Numbered from the stretch's first letter, positions 24,401-37,881 are shown. The stretch is 64,000 nucleotides of DNA from Lytechinus pictus (GCF_037042905.1 NC_087255.1:32922001-32986000), one strand, 5' to 3'. Notes: generated by a model from the letters alone, not told the origin. Program-made: numbers and translations.

Positions 24401-27400
24401 ACCACAGTACTGCAAAATTGACATACAAAAACATGTCTTTTTAGTCTTTAAGAAGAAAAAAATCTTAAATTTCATTACTTTCACCTGTATACTGGAAATA
24501 GTCTTCCATTTTGTACTTAAGCAGACATGGAAGAGATAACAAAATATAAACTCAAAGTAACTCTCTTCTTACTTATATCGGTTTTAGCTATTAAAGAAAC
24601 ATATTCAGACCTCAAGCTGTATTCTACGATAAAATGTATACAGAAGATGCAAAAAAAAAAAAAAAAAAAACCCAAAACCAAAACCAAAAAGTGAAACACA
24701 TGCATGTACATCTCACAATAACTAGTATTAACATAATGAAAAACAATGGTTCATGTTGGTTAAGTATAATTGAAAAAAAAAAAAAAATTTTATTACTTGA
24801 AATTTACCTGTAATTACATTCATCCCATTTCCTATACTTGTGTAAGTGTTATGAAATAGAGGCATATAGAAATGATTTTTTTTTTCGGTTGGCGACAGCA
24901 CACAAATTGCGCGGTTTGCAAACAAGCTGTCGCCAAGCGAAAGACAATGAAATCAAGATGGCGACACAAGGTGGCAAGTTTTCCCCGTCTTTTCATAACA
25001 TTTTCCTAATTTTTTAAAAGAATTCTTGTTTAAAAATGAAATCAATATCGTAGAAATGAAGTTGTATCCCATGTACATGATTTAGGGCTAGATCTTTTAG
25101 AAGGAAAGTGGAAATCTCGGTGGGCGAAAATTTCAGGTTTTTTGGCGGTACATGCAGATAAATGGGAAGCAATTCCTGGCTCCGTTGAGAGAAAGCATAC
25201 GTTAGTAAATGATTTTTACTCTCTAGGAGCCTCCTGGCTAGTCAGCCATGAAATAAAAATTTAAATCAATGCAAGAATATTCTTTAGTACTGACTTAGCA
25301 AGGTAAATTTATTGATCATCTAGACCACAAAGTCATCAAAAACCTTTATCCGTCCGAGAATTGCCAGGAATACGGTAACAAACAGAGAACAAGGTCAAGG
25401 TTATATCATAACCTGCCTTGTTCATTGAATGAGTGTCATCCATATTATCAAATTTTATGACGTTTACGGTGCAAAAACAGAGTGGAAAGCATGTTGCGAT
25501 TTGCTTTTTTTAAAACAGAACCACATAACTGACATGGCTGAATTCTGTTTTTCCCTTTTCATGACTGAAACAGAGACTCCAACCCCAAGCACCTTCTGAT
25601 CTGGAGATTCTCCCACCTGGATCCCCTAGCAAACTGGAGACTCTAATTTGATGTGCGCGAAGCGAACATCACGAGCGCGAAGTCCCTTGCAGCCGGGGTC
25701 CTGGGCCCACTAAAAGGGTCCAGGAAGCTCTAGGGTTCTAGATGCTCTCTTATGCCATCTCAGGCTAATTTTTGAATACGATGGCACCAGTGGCGTAATG
25801 AGCTCAAAAATTCGAAGGGGCTAGATATAGAATATCGCGAAAACTTGGAGAGTTGCGAGCGAGCGAAAATTTTGATGTTTTATTTCAGAAATCCAATTTT
25901 GTTATAGATTTCGACATTTTAATAAAATGATAACATCACATTTCACCCTACTGTCTTTCCTTTTCTCTCTTTCTTTTCTTAGTCGTGACCCCCCCTTACC
26001 CATCTGTATAACTTAGGAGGGTACCAAGTAATTAACAATTGAATGAATCAAATCATACATTTTGGCTTGATACAACTTAATATTGTAGGAAGTCACCCCC
26101 ATCCCCATACAGGTCTGCTACCGGTAGAGGGCGGAAGTCCACTTAAGACGCCGGAGCACGTTAAACGATTGTACTTGAAGCTGATCTTGAATGGAAAACA
26201 CCGGAACTGAGGAATCTCTCCAGGAAAACACTGGTAGGTGCCTTGTTTTCTATTCTATAGTTCTTGTACCACAACCTAGTGGTCAATCTAGGGGTGCGAC
26301 CGCTACATTAATAAAAACTTTTCATATATCATTATTAATGCATGCATGTAAAATTGATAAGCATCTATAGACGGGTCAATATATGGTTTGACCCGGAACA
26401 AATTGCAACAAATGATTTCTCAACTGTTTCTGGCAGTATTTGACCTCAGGAATAACATACTAAAAATCTACCAAAATCCGCACATGGGAAACTAGTTATT
26501 TTCAAGATGGCGTCCAAGATGGCCGCCATTCACTGAAAATGGATATAACTCACTCATTATCCACCCTAGAATCCTATTTGGATTCATATTCCATGGTCCA
26601 GTGGGTAAACAAATTTATTGATACAAGTTAGAGTGAATATTAGCACTCCAGGGTACCAGGAAAATCCAAGATGGCGCCCATAATAGCTGCCGTAGGCTAA
26701 AAAAAAATCAAAAATTCATCTATTACTTACTTAAAAGGCTTTAATTTGGTTTTTATTCAATGGTTTTAACGGTGAAGTAGTGCATCAGGACAAGTTACAA
26801 GGACGGCCAGTGGTCTGGTGTGTCAAAAAATCCAAGATTTCTTCAAAAAATTGAGTTTAAAATGGCCTTTAATACTTAAAATTGACATAGCTCATATCAT
26901 ATCCACCTGGGATATATGATTTTGGTGTTCAGACCATGGTTTCAATGGTCGAATAATACATTGGGACAAGTTACAAGGACAGTCAGTGGTCCAATATGTT
27001 CAAAAATCCAAGATGGCTTCCAAAAATGGAGTAAAAAAAAAATGCTGTTGCTACTTAAAAAAACAACAACCTAGGTTGTTCAATATCCGGGTATATGATT
27101 TTTGTGCCTATTCCAAGGTTAAATGGGTCAAATAATACATTGGGATAAGTTACAAGGACGATGGGTTGTCAATTATGTCCAAAGTCCACAGTGGCTTTAA
27201 AAGAATAGTATAAGATAGCCGCTGGTATTTACAAATTGGCATAGTTCATGTGATATCCATCAAGGGAATATGATTTTGATGTCTGTACCATGGTATTAAA
27301 AGTCAGAAAGTCAGTTACAAGGACAGTCAGTTGTCCAGTATGTCGAAAATCCAAGATGGCTTCCAAAAGATCGGAGTCTAAAATGACTGCTGTTACTTTA

Positions 27401-30400
27401 AAAATGGACATAGTTCATTTAAAATCCACCAAGGAGATATGATTTCGGTGTCCACACTATGGTTCATGGTTAAAAGAATACGTTTGGACTGGTTACATTT
27501 ATATGCAGTTGTCCATTTTGCCTAAAAATCCAAGAGGGTTTTCAAAAAAGGCATCTAAAACGACTCATATCACTCAATAATGGTCAGAGTTCTACAACGT
27601 CTATCTGTAAGAAATAATGTTGGTGACTAGATTGTGGTATGAAGGGTCAAATAATACATTCGGACAAGTAACAAAGATGGTTAGTATTCCACTTTGTCAA
27701 AAAAAATCCATGGCGGATTCTAAAATTTCACCAAAATGGGTGCTGTTACCAGCTCATGAAACAATATGATAACTTATCCCCATGCATTTAAGTGTAGGCA
27801 CCAAGATTATTTCTCACAGGTGGATATTGTATGAACTATGTCAATTTTTAAGTAAAAGCAGTCACTTTAGAACCCCTTTTTTTTAAAGCCAACTTGGATT
27901 TTAAGGCAAAATGGATAACTGCATATCATGGTAATCAGTCCCAAAGTGTTTTTTACCCTTGAAGCCCTAGTGTACATACCAAAATAATATCCCAAGGTGT
28001 ATTTGTAATGTTCTATATCCACTTTTAAGTTACAGCAGTCATTTAAGACCCCTATTTTTAAAGCCATCTTCGATTTTTTGACATAAATGACACCTGACTG
28101 TCCTTTCAACTTAACCCAATGTGTTACTTAACCCTTTAAACTCTAGTGTAGACAGCAAAATCATACCTTCAATGTATATTTCTAATAAACAATGTACATG
28201 TATACTTTTAAGTAACAAAAGTCAATTTACACCCCATTTTTGAAGTCATCTTGAATTTTTTTAACATACAGACAACTGGCTGGTCTTGTAACTTAGCTTA
28301 GTGTATTACTTGACTCTTTAAACCATGATTCAGACACCAAACTCATATTCACCAGACAGATATTGAACAAACTATGTCCTATTATAAGTAACATCAAACA
28401 TTTTTTTACTCCATGTTTGGAAGCCATCTTGGAATTTTGGACATACTAGATAACTGACTCTCATTGTAACTTGTCCTAATATATAATTTGACCCTTGAAA
28501 CCATAGTTCAGACCCCAAAATCATATCTCACAGGTGGATATGAGCTTTGCCACTTTTAAGTATCAGCAGCAATTTTAGAATCAATTTTTGGAAGCCATAT
28601 TGCATTTTTGGTCATACCAGACCACTGACTGTCCTTAAAACTTGTCCTAATGTATTATTTTTACCCTTGAAACCAGCGGTTTAGACACCAAAATCGTATC
28701 TCCCAGGCCGATATGAAATAAGCTATGTCCGTTTTAAGTAACATCAGTCAATTTAGAATCAATTTTTGGAAGCCAACTTAGACTTTTTGAGAATCAATTT
28801 TTGGAAGCCAACTTAGACTTTTTGACAAACCAGGCCACAGACTGTCCTAATGTATTAATTAACACTTGAAACCAGAGGTGTAGATACCAAATCACATCTC
28901 CCAGACCGATATGAAATGAGCTATGTCCGCTTTAGGTATCAGCAGTCTATTTTTAAGATCATTTTTTTGGAAGCCATCTTCGATTTTTTGACATATCAGA
29001 TCACTGCACTGTCCTTGTAACTTATCCTAATATATTATTTGACCCTTGAAACCAGTGGTTTAGACATCAAAATCACTTCTACCAGGCCAAAATGGAATGA
29101 GCTATGTCCGCTTTAAGTATTAGCAGCCATTTCAGAATCTATTTTTGGAATCCATCGCGGATTTTCGCACATACCAGACCACTGGCTTTCCTTGTAATTT
29201 GTCCCAAATTATTATTTGACCCATTTAACCATGGTGTAGACACAGAAATCATATTTCTGGATATTGAGCAAACTATGTCGTTTTTTTTTTAAGTAGCAGC
29301 AGCAATTTTAGACTCCATTTTGGAAGCCATCTTGGATTTTTTAACATATTGGTCCACTGACTGTCCTTGTAACTTGTCCCAATGTCTTATTTAACCATTG
29401 AAAACATGGTCTTGACACCAAAATAATTATGTCCCAGGCAATATGAAATGAAAAATGTCCCTTTTAATTATCAACAGCCATTTTAAACTCCATTTTTGGA
29501 AGCCATCTTGGAATCTTGGACACCATCTTGGATTTTTGGACACACCATGGACCACTGGCTGTCCTTGTAACTTGTTCCAATGTACATGTACTACTTCACC
29601 ATTAAAAGTAAGATTAGTTAAAAGCATTGAATAAAAACCAAATTAAAGCCAAAGAATTGTGGATTTTCAGCCTACGGCAGCCATTTTGGGCGCCATCTTG
29701 GATTTGCTAGGTACACTGGAGGGCTTATAATTCACTCTAGCCTGTATCAACAATTGTTACCCCCTAGACCATTGGATATGATCCGAAATAGGATTCAAGG
29801 GTAGATAATGAGTCAGTTGTATCCATTTTCAGTGAATGGCAGCCATCTTGGACGCCATCTTGAAAATAAACACTTTCCCGGATGCGGATTTTGGTAGATT
29901 TTTAGTATGTTGTTCCTGAGGTCAAATAGTACAAAAAAACATTGAAAAATCATTTGTTGCAATTTGTTCCGGGTGAAGGTATTTTTGGTCGTATATTGAC
30001 CCGTCTACTACAAAATCATACGTTTTTGTGAGACCTTTATCCATATCAACCAGTGAAGACATACTACCTCACGGGCTTAAAATTGACATTTCCATCCATC
30101 TTGTCTCAATACTTGATGATCTCTGGAGTAAGATTGCTCCAAACGCCATAGCGGGGCGCGCCAATGGGCGAGATCGCGCGCAGCGTTGACGCGCTAATTA
30201 AGTCTTAAACTTGAATATCGGCTTGGATATGGAAATTTAATTCGGGTTTTCAAAAAGGAGTTCGGGCGGGAGAAAATACATCTTATGCGGGAGACACAGG
30301 GCCTGGGCAGCGCAGGAGATGTAAAATCTCAAGCGGGAGAACGGGAGATTTTGCGAAAAAGGGCTTTCGATGGGAGATCTCCCGCCAAAAGCGGGAGTGT

Positions 30401-31245
30401 TGGAGTCTCTGCTGAAACAGAAAAGTGGCACTTATCAAACCTTGTCCTTGATTCACACGGACATGCAGTCACTGTATGGCAAGTTTCGCCAAGTCTGCGC
30501 AGTCCCCCTTGTCTGCACACACGCGTATCTGCGCGATTCTAATAAAAGATATGCAACGAGCACGAACTTTAAACGTGCAATACATAGACAGGTATTCATA
30601 AAAAATCCGACTCAAAATGGTGGAAAAATAATGAATTTAGGTCATTTCATGTGACGGCCTCAAAATGCAGCCTTTCTCATCAAAATCCCCGAATCGTGTG
30701 CAAAGTGAATGCGTGCGCAGACATGGGGTATCAATATCATTTTTTTTTCAATCTGAAAATGACTGCCCGAGGTTTTTTCAAGAAAATCCTATAGGGCCTA
30801 TTTTCTTTCATTTTTTAATGAGAAATTTGGTACACTTACCGGTACTCTTATTCTTAATAATGTAACTTTGTAAGGAACATTATTAATTGAAAGATTTTTT
30901 GAAATAAGAAGAAATTCATGTTAAATCTTAACTCAAATTGTTAGGTGCGCAGACTTGGGGCCCACCCGTTCGTATATATATACGAACCTCGTATTACTAG
31001 TGTGAGTGGGGCCCACCATCATTCATACTAAAGTAAAATTCAGCAGACAAGGCCGATGCAGTTCTGAGCTCCGATGGGCCAGGCCAGGGGAAAGACTGCG
31101 GCGCTGAGCGATCAATCCATGCAGAGGCAACGAACAGCTCAGAGCTGGGTGGTGGAGATACGACTAATAAGACAGAAAAAAACTTACCAATACCAGTAGC
31201 TACGGCACTCAGAATGCCTAAAATCGAATATAATCTGACACTCAT
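18376..31245 (-). CDS. ATP6V0B: V-type proton ATPase 21 kDa proteolipid subunit c'' (7 exons, 207 aa)
   Basis: Exons 31188-31245, 24361-24409, 23374-23457, 22554-22631, 20767-20891, 19849-20039, 18376-18414 (624 nt, GT-AG, phases consistent). Hallmark [27 protein letters not shown] (essential Glu) and [19 protein letters not shown]. Confidence 0.96.
19537..19705. mobile_element. Diverged copy of the same hairpin MITE, ATP6V0B intron 6
   Basis: GTTTCATAAAGCTGTTC...GAACAGCTTTATGAAAC. Confidence 0.75.
19849..20039 (-). CDS. ATP6V0B: ATP6V0B exon 6
   Basis: [34 protein letters not shown]...GILQ. Confidence 0.97.
20265..20518. mobile_element. MITE with GGGCCCCGTCTTACAAAG-type TIR
   Basis: TTACAAAAGAGTTGCGATTGATCC versus GGATCAATCGTAACTCTTTGTAA. 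Confidence 0.65.
20767..20891 (-). CDS. ATP6V0B: ATP6V0B exon 5
   Basis: [19 protein letters not shown]...NYLA. Confidence 0.97.
22554..22631 (-). CDS. ATP6V0B: ATP6V0B exon 4
   Basis: [25 protein letters not shown]. Confidence 0.97.
23374..23457 (-). CDS. ATP6V0B: ATP6V0B exon 3
   Basis: [27 protein letters not shown]. Confidence 0.95.
23570..23757 (-). mobile_element. tRNA-derived SINE fragment
   Basis: Minus strand begins GGCATGATGGCTTACTGGTAGAGCGCCCG (A box) with a degenerate B box. Confidence 0.55.
24361..24409 (-). CDS. ATP6V0B: ATP6V0B exon 2
   Basis: [15 protein letters not shown]; TGCAG/GTAAGT. Confidence 0.9.
25571..30411. mobile_element. TIR element (CAGAGACTCCAAC) with 6-bp TSD CTGAAA, hosting the foldback element
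   Basis: 13-bp TIRs at 25571 and 30399-30411; CTGAAA at 25565-25570 and 30412-30417. Confidence 0.65.
26368..30007. mobile_element. Non-autonomous foldback DNA transposon (possibly Academ-like) with ~178-bp internal subrepeats
   Basis: Termini TAGACGGGTCAATATA...TATATTGACCCGTCTA, flanking CTA/CTA 3-bp direct repeat, several hundred bp of terminal inverted homology, inverted arrays of ~178-bp units, no ORF. Confidence 0.85.
30487..30960. mobile_element. ~475-bp MITE (TIR CCAAGTCTGCGCA), uninterrupted copy, ATP6V0B intron 1
   Basis: Terminal inverted repeats; reverse-complement match to 52684-52828 plus 59240-59544. Confidence 0.8.
31188..31245 (-). CDS. ATP6V0B: ATP6V0B exon 1
   Basis: [19 protein letters not shown], donor GTAAGT, next to a CpG-rich promoter. 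Confidence 0.85.
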
Positions 31246-31249
31246 CTTT

Positions 31250-31500
31250 AGCTGCTATAAGTTCGAATAAATATATACTTCGGCTAGTGTCTACAATGTC
31301 AACAAATCAGAAAAACATGACACTTTTCGGGACAGGTCGCTGAAGATATGTCTTGATGCGATGACATATGACCCAATGGCGCATGACTTCCGGCCGCGCC
31401 GGGTCGATCCGCCGCGCCGCGCGCGATGACGATCAGCGTACCGTGCGCTAGCCATAGAGATATTAGTATACATCTCTATGGCGCTAGCCTAGTATTGCTG
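31250..31500 (-). promoter_or_regulatory. ATP6V0B CpG-rich promoter
   Basis: CpG cluster, ETS-like CCGGAAGT on the - strand (~31385-31392), palindrome CCATAGAGAT...ATCTCTATGG. Confidence 0.6.
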
Positions 31501-31644
31501 CACAGATTCTTGGTCTACGGTAGCTTTATACTGAGACCAAAGTTTCACTATAAAAGTCATCTTCGCATATTTCAACCACTGATCTGCATATTTAACATTA
31601 ATATAGAGATCACTCGTTACAAACCAAGGGTCAGTGGCATTTAT

Positions 31645-32199
31645 AGTTCAAGTCCAACCCAGAAGAATGTTGATTTCAATAAATAGAAAAAAATCAAACT
31701 TGATCGCACAACGCTGAAAATTTCACTCAAAATCGGATATAAACTATGAAAGTTATGATATTCTAAAGTTTCACTGATTTTTCACAAAACAGCTATGATA
31801 TGCACAACTCAGTAACATGCTAATGAGACAGATGATGATGTCCTTCACTCACATTTTTTTTTTTTTTTTTTTTTTTTTTTGAAATATACAATATTTCATT
31901 TTTTTGACAGATTAAGGACCAACTTGACTGAACCATATGAAAATTCCACATGTTCAGGGAGGGATTAATCATTGTTTCATATAATGAAATATAGAGAAAT
32001 AGTGAGTGGATGACGTCATCAGGCTCCTCATTTGCAGAACGACCAGGATGTGCATACTGTTTTGTGAAATTAAGCAAAACTTTAAATTGTATAAAACTTT
32101 CTTATTTTACATCTGATTTTGATGAAATTTTCAGTGTAATGATTGTTGGATTTTTCTCTTTTTATTAATATCAACTTTTTGTTGGGGTTGACTTGTCCT
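31645..32199. mobile_element. Diverged copy of the same TTAA MITE upstream of ATP6V0B
   Basis: Colinear similarity to 60819-61406; right end GACTTGTCCT|TTAA. Confidence 0.8.
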
Positions 32200-32845
32200 T
32201 TAACAATTTTTTCAGTTTGGGAGAGGCGGCTGCGATGATGGAAATGATAAGGGAATTAAAAAAAGTAATTTATATTCATATTGACAATGTGTATATTCAA
32301 TAGCGTTCCAAAATAAACTTTATTTCATGATCTTATGCCACAAGAGAGAAATAAAAATAATAAAAAATCTTCTGTTTGGAAGTGGTTATTTCATTGAAAA
32401 AGAGTCACGTACTACTAGTATATATTTGAAACGCTACACATGCACATTAGAAATATCAAGTACAATATTCTAATAAGGCTCGTTTACTAATTTTGTATAT
32501 TTCATGTCATGGGGGCGGATCTCTTTGTGTGTATGATGGGTGGATGGGGGGGGGGGGTGGGGGTCATGTCTTCCTGCCCAGGCCCCTCCCCTGGATACCA
32601 TACAAAGGATGTGCTATATTTAGGTACAATGAACTGACCAGTGATGGAAATCACTGGTCTAACACTATATACTCCCATAAGTACCTAGGGAGTATAAGTA
32701 CAACCAGCTAGGCCGGACTGACAACAGGTGCATATGGATCAGATAAAAAGAGTCAGAGATGGGTAAAGATGGGATTATTACAGGTAAACTGCTAATTGGT
32801 CTAATTACCATCTATGCCCATTTGCCATTTTGTCTAATTTGTAGT

Positions 32846-34096
32846 AAGGCTATATCCATTTTCCCATTCAGACATAGGGCCTGTAGCTACCCATTTTCCC
32901 ATTGAGGCATATTCATTTTCCTCTGAGGCATACCCATTTTTATATCGAGGCTATCCTTTTCCAATCGAGACAAACCCATTTTCCCATCGAGGCATATATC
33001 AATTTCCCCCCGGGGGGGCCACTTACATTGACGAGTGGATACCATGCGCGACCAAAAAAACACGTAAAAGGGACGTCGTCTTTTTCGAGATAGGGCACGT
33101 TACGTACGTAATGTGATAAGGGTGTCAAAAACACTAAAATAATGAAAAAAGGGTATCTATTTTCGCTAGGAAAGCTACGTGTTTAGGGTCATATTTGCGA
33201 GGGTGTAAAAATTAAGACTAAAATGTTTTATAAAGGATGTACTTTTGCCCCAAGAGTCAACACTACGTGTTTAGAGTACGATTTGAGCGAGATGTGGGAG
33301 GAGGGGCTGTACTAAACCCAGTGATGTAGGTGAAGGTAAAACCGACGACCGTGACATAACAATAAAAATATTGCTGTACTTGTTTAGGGGGTCAATTCAG
33401 GGAACTTGCCAAGAGTATCGTTTTGTTTCCAATACTTGTTAAGGGGTGCATTTTCAGAAAATGGAACATATGTGTTTAGGGTGCTTTTCGAGACCCGTCA
33501 CCCCATGGTCGCGCATGGTATCCACTCGTCAATGGAAGTGGCCGCCCCGGGCCATTTTCCCATTGAGGCAAACCAATTTTCCCATTGAGGCATACCCATT
33601 TTCCCATTGGGGAATACCCATTTTCATGTCGAGGCATGTCCATTTTCCCATTGAGGCATACCCAGTTTCCCATTGAGGCATACCCATTTCTCACTAAGGC
33701 ATATATTTTCCCATTGAGATATCCATACATTTTCCAATTAAGGCAAACACATTTTTTTATTGAGGTATACCCATTTTCACATGAAGGCATACCCATTTTT
33801 CAATTGAGGTATATCCATTTTGCCATTGAGGTATACCCATTTTCCCATTGAGGCAGATCCAGTTTCCCATTGAGGCATACCCATTTTCCCATTGAGGCAT
33901 AGGTCTACCCATTTCACCATTGAGGCATACCCATTTTTCCAATGAGGCATGTCCATTTTACCATTGAGGTTAACCAATATTCCCATTGAGGCAAAGCCAT
34001 TTTCCCATTGAGGCATACCCATTTTGCCATTGAGGCATATTTATTTTTCCATTAAGGTGTATCCATTTTCCTAATGGGGCATAAATATTTTCCCAT
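32846..34096. repeat. 22-bp minisatellite (CCCATTTTCCCATTGAGGCATA)n
   Basis: About 30 degenerate tandem units, interrupted by the MITE. Confidence 0.92.
33009..33551. mobile_element. MITE with CCCGGGG termini inserted into the 22-bp minisatellite
   Basis: ~45-bp TIR (GGCCACTT.CATTGACGAGTGGATACCATGCGCGACCA and its reverse complement). Confidence 0.82.
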
Positions 34097-36690
34097 AAAA
34101 GTTTTGAACAATGGACTGAATAAAATAGCATACTCAACCAAGGCAACAGGTGTCAATTTGGAGCACTGTGACAAAACTTTGCATTAGTATTGGACACTTT
34201 TCAGTAAATTAAGCATAATTTATACAGGAAATCTGCATATACCATGGGTTCAACCGATGGATTTCAGAACCACCTTTGTGAATTCAGGCCAATGACAAAA
34301 GTATCAAACTGATAGATCAAATGCATTTAGTCCAACTGAGAAGTACACCAAGCAAGTGAATTCATGTAAACGGTATATTCCAGAGAAAGGTACAGTGAGA
34401 GAAGAGGTTTGTGTTCAACCAAGACTAAGAACCGATATACTGCAGTCAAGCGGGGGGGGGGAATTACATCAAACAGACAAAAGCATACGTGATATCACCA
34501 ACAAGTTCTATGAACACTCTTAACAATGAAGAAACCAAATGCAAATATGTCACATTGATCTATAATATATTTAAGGTACATAATCCTCAAAATGAGCTTC
34601 CACACAGGAGAAATCTAGGTGTTGTTAATCAAAATCTTAATACTCCACATTAGAATCCAAATCAAATTACACATACACCATGATATAATTTTCGATTGAT
34701 TATTACACAGCCAATAATTTCAAAATGCATTTTCAACTATCAATATATGTTTCTGTTAAAATGTTTTCCTAAAATTTAGATAGCTTTAAAACTTTTGCCG
34801 TACACAGAATTTGTATTTGATTCATTTGTTGGTAGTAATAATAATAATGACAAATCATACATTTTATTTTAAAAGCCTTTATGAATATAAGACCCAATGA
34901 ATGAATGATTCATTCAGCAAATCACAGATTACTAAAATTATGTTGTTTCATAGGTACTTTGTTGGTTAACAAAATAAGACCATCATGAAGAATTCGGTGA
35001 TAAAAGAATCTTATCAATTCACCAGCCTCCTGCACTACAGGAAAATGCTAAATCTAGTATAAGAAAAATACTAGTAATAGAGTACAGAATGATTAATATG
35101 CTCCTTTAAAAGGTAATTAATAAAATATATTCAAAATGTATCATGTAAAGACATGTAAATAATATATCATTACTAAAAATAATAAAATATGTTCATCATG
35201 TTTATGCAAATACTAGTATATCAAAGAAAGGCAAATTAAAATCATTCAAAAATATCCTGATTGAGCTGAATAAAAATCTCTCTCAAGTTTAAAAGACAGA
35301 ACTTCGAAAAATCCGGAGGTAGATTAAAAGTTTTGTTAATAATTTTGTTCAAGTAAATATGAACACTTCAAAATAAAAACTAAAATATTTCTAGTGAGTG
35401 TGTAGTGAATAATTTCCATACGAAACAGATCATTGGTTGTTGATTGTAGTATAAACATGAAAATGAAAGAGCCATCCAGTGCAAGTTCCCATCGCGTGAT
35501 TGGTTCAAATTGATTTCAACTATGGAAAGCCAGCTGTGTAATATTTTTGTTACCTGAAACCTATGGCCAGAATTCACAAAGGGGATTTTGAGTCCTTGGT
35601 ATGCAACCATAGTGTATGCACATTTTCATTGTTGGATTAGTGTCTCATTATACCATTGATTAAGCATGGCTGATGCATTGAATCTGTATAAATCGGTTTC
35701 AGACCACATATTTAAAATCACCCCTGTATGAAATTCAGGCCTATGGTTAAAACACCATGCTTCCGAGAGATAATATCCCTCCTCCTGTGCATGTGCCATG
35801 GCTTTGACTTGTCACTCTACTCCTAATACTCACAAGGGGGCACTTTAGATGACAAATGAAAGAGCTAGTAGGCTTTCCATAGTTAAAATTGATTTTTTTT
35901 TTCAAACATCAATCACATTCTAGAACAAAAGACAACTGTGATGGTCCATTGTGATTAAAGTTCCACCATATTGATTCCCATTTCTGCTCCATAATTTTTG
36001 ATTAGCAGCCTAGAACATACATGTGTGGAAAACAGATGCACAGGTCTCCAAAATGGGACAGATTACATCTAATTCAAATGAGAAAGAGGAACAAGATATT
36101 GACAGATAATCCACAATTCATGATAAAAATGGATAGCACTTTTTTACACAGTGATCCTACAATGTACAATACCATGACGCCTTTCTCTCTGAGTGTTGAA
36201 ATCTTTTATATATGTCACCAAATTCAGCAAAATAGGGAAGGGTCTATTACTTTGACAATATCATATACACACAAATGATAAATTACAATTATTGAACAAG
36301 AAAGGGCCATTAATCTAGTCTCAATGAAATAGCTTCATTTGTATAAAGTCACTAAATAACTTGATATAATGGCTTATATTCAGATTTCGTTGCTTTCTTC
36401 AGTTACTGTATGGCTACATGAAACTACATGTAAATTCAAGTATGATGTTTTAATAACACGTATAAATGTGCATTCATTATCTTCAATTAAAAATTCTAAA
36501 ATGACCTTCTGAAATATCTATCCATTATTTGCATACAATCCTGATTGAAATATAAGATCTCCCAATGTCATATAATAAATAGGATAAAACAATATAATTT
36601 GTATCAAATAGTTAAACTATTAAAATTCACAGCAAATCAGTAGGGCCTACAGACTCATTCCGTGCTACCAGTAGGTAAAAATCAAGCTTT

Positions 36691-36770
36691 AGTCCTGTTA
36701 ACATGCTAAAACAAGCCTCAATCCTGTTAACATGCTAAAACAAGCCTCAGTCCTGTTAACATGCTAGAAC
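36691..36770. repeat. 29-bp tandem repeat, ~2.7 copies
   Basis: AGTCCTGTTAACATGCTAAAACAAGCCTC. Confidence 0.85.
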
Positions 36771-37706
36771 ATGAATGCCAGTTATGGTAACAATCTCAAA
36801 AAAAAATTGAACGGAATCTAATAAAATGACCAACAAAAAAAAGTAAAAATTAAAAAATATGAGACAAACGATTCTAGTAGAAATTGTGTAATTGCTGAGA
36901 ATACAGAAATATGATCATCAAAATTGAACATAAGCTAAATATATGTAAATACTTTCTAGTTTTTTTGTGTGAATTAATAGAAATTTGAATTGAAAAAAAA
37001 ATGAATGTCTTTCCAATAAAAAATGACTAAATTTGAGGGATAAATGTAAGAAGGACCAATATTGAAAAAAGTTGTTAACATTAAGTCATAATTCAATGAC
37101 TTTATCGTAAGTGTGTCCCCTGTACATTGTATGGATAATGTCGTGATGATCTATATTGCATGGAACTAGGAATTTATGCATCAATAAAAATGAAAACTTG
37201 CAACTAGTTCTGGAAAAATTCCCAGATTCTGAGGTGACATGTACATAATGACTGATACAAACTTTTTATAGCATTTCACATCCACCGATACAAGATATTA
37301 ATAACTCACATCCAATTACTTGACATTATTCCACAATCTCTCTCTTCTAGGAAACTTACTTTAGATTACATATACACTTCAAGTTATGAACCTATAAATA
37401 GTACACAGTACTAGACAATGCCACAAACCTCTATCCTGTCATAATTCAAAAATTGTCTTAAGCACAACCAACGATCTACATGTAGCAAACTTTTAGAGCA
37501 CACAGCTAATAGTTGAATATACCTTCAAACTTGTACATGGTACATAATACATATACACATAAAGCTATTCACTTAGAAAGAGTAACAATTTGCAAGGTAG
37601 TCGTTTACGATACAGCGATGTCATGCGCAGTCATTATCCCTATTTCTTTTTCAAGAGAAATGACATATTTGACAGTGATTTTTACAAAGAATATTTGCCT
37701 ATAAGA

Positions 37707-37881
37707 CAGTAGCGGATCCAGGCCAGGGGAGGAAGGGGTGTGCACCCCCTTTATGTTTTTGTTAATCACTCATTGAATAAACCTTTATCTGTAGCTCTAA
37801 TCAAATAGTCTCTGCCGCTACCTCTATTATTCAAGTTGCTCTTTGCTCCCCCTCTATTTTGAAATCCTGGATCCGCCACTG
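37707..37881. mobile_element. Short MITE with CAGTGGCGGATCCAGG-type TIR
   Basis: CAGTAGCGGATCCAGG...CCTGGATCCGCCACTG. Confidence 0.7.

Noticed and set aside
32846-34096. CRISPR-like appearance of the 22-bp repeats and associated ORFs
   Set aside because: Head-to-tail minisatellite with no unique spacers, no cas genes and a eukaryotic context.
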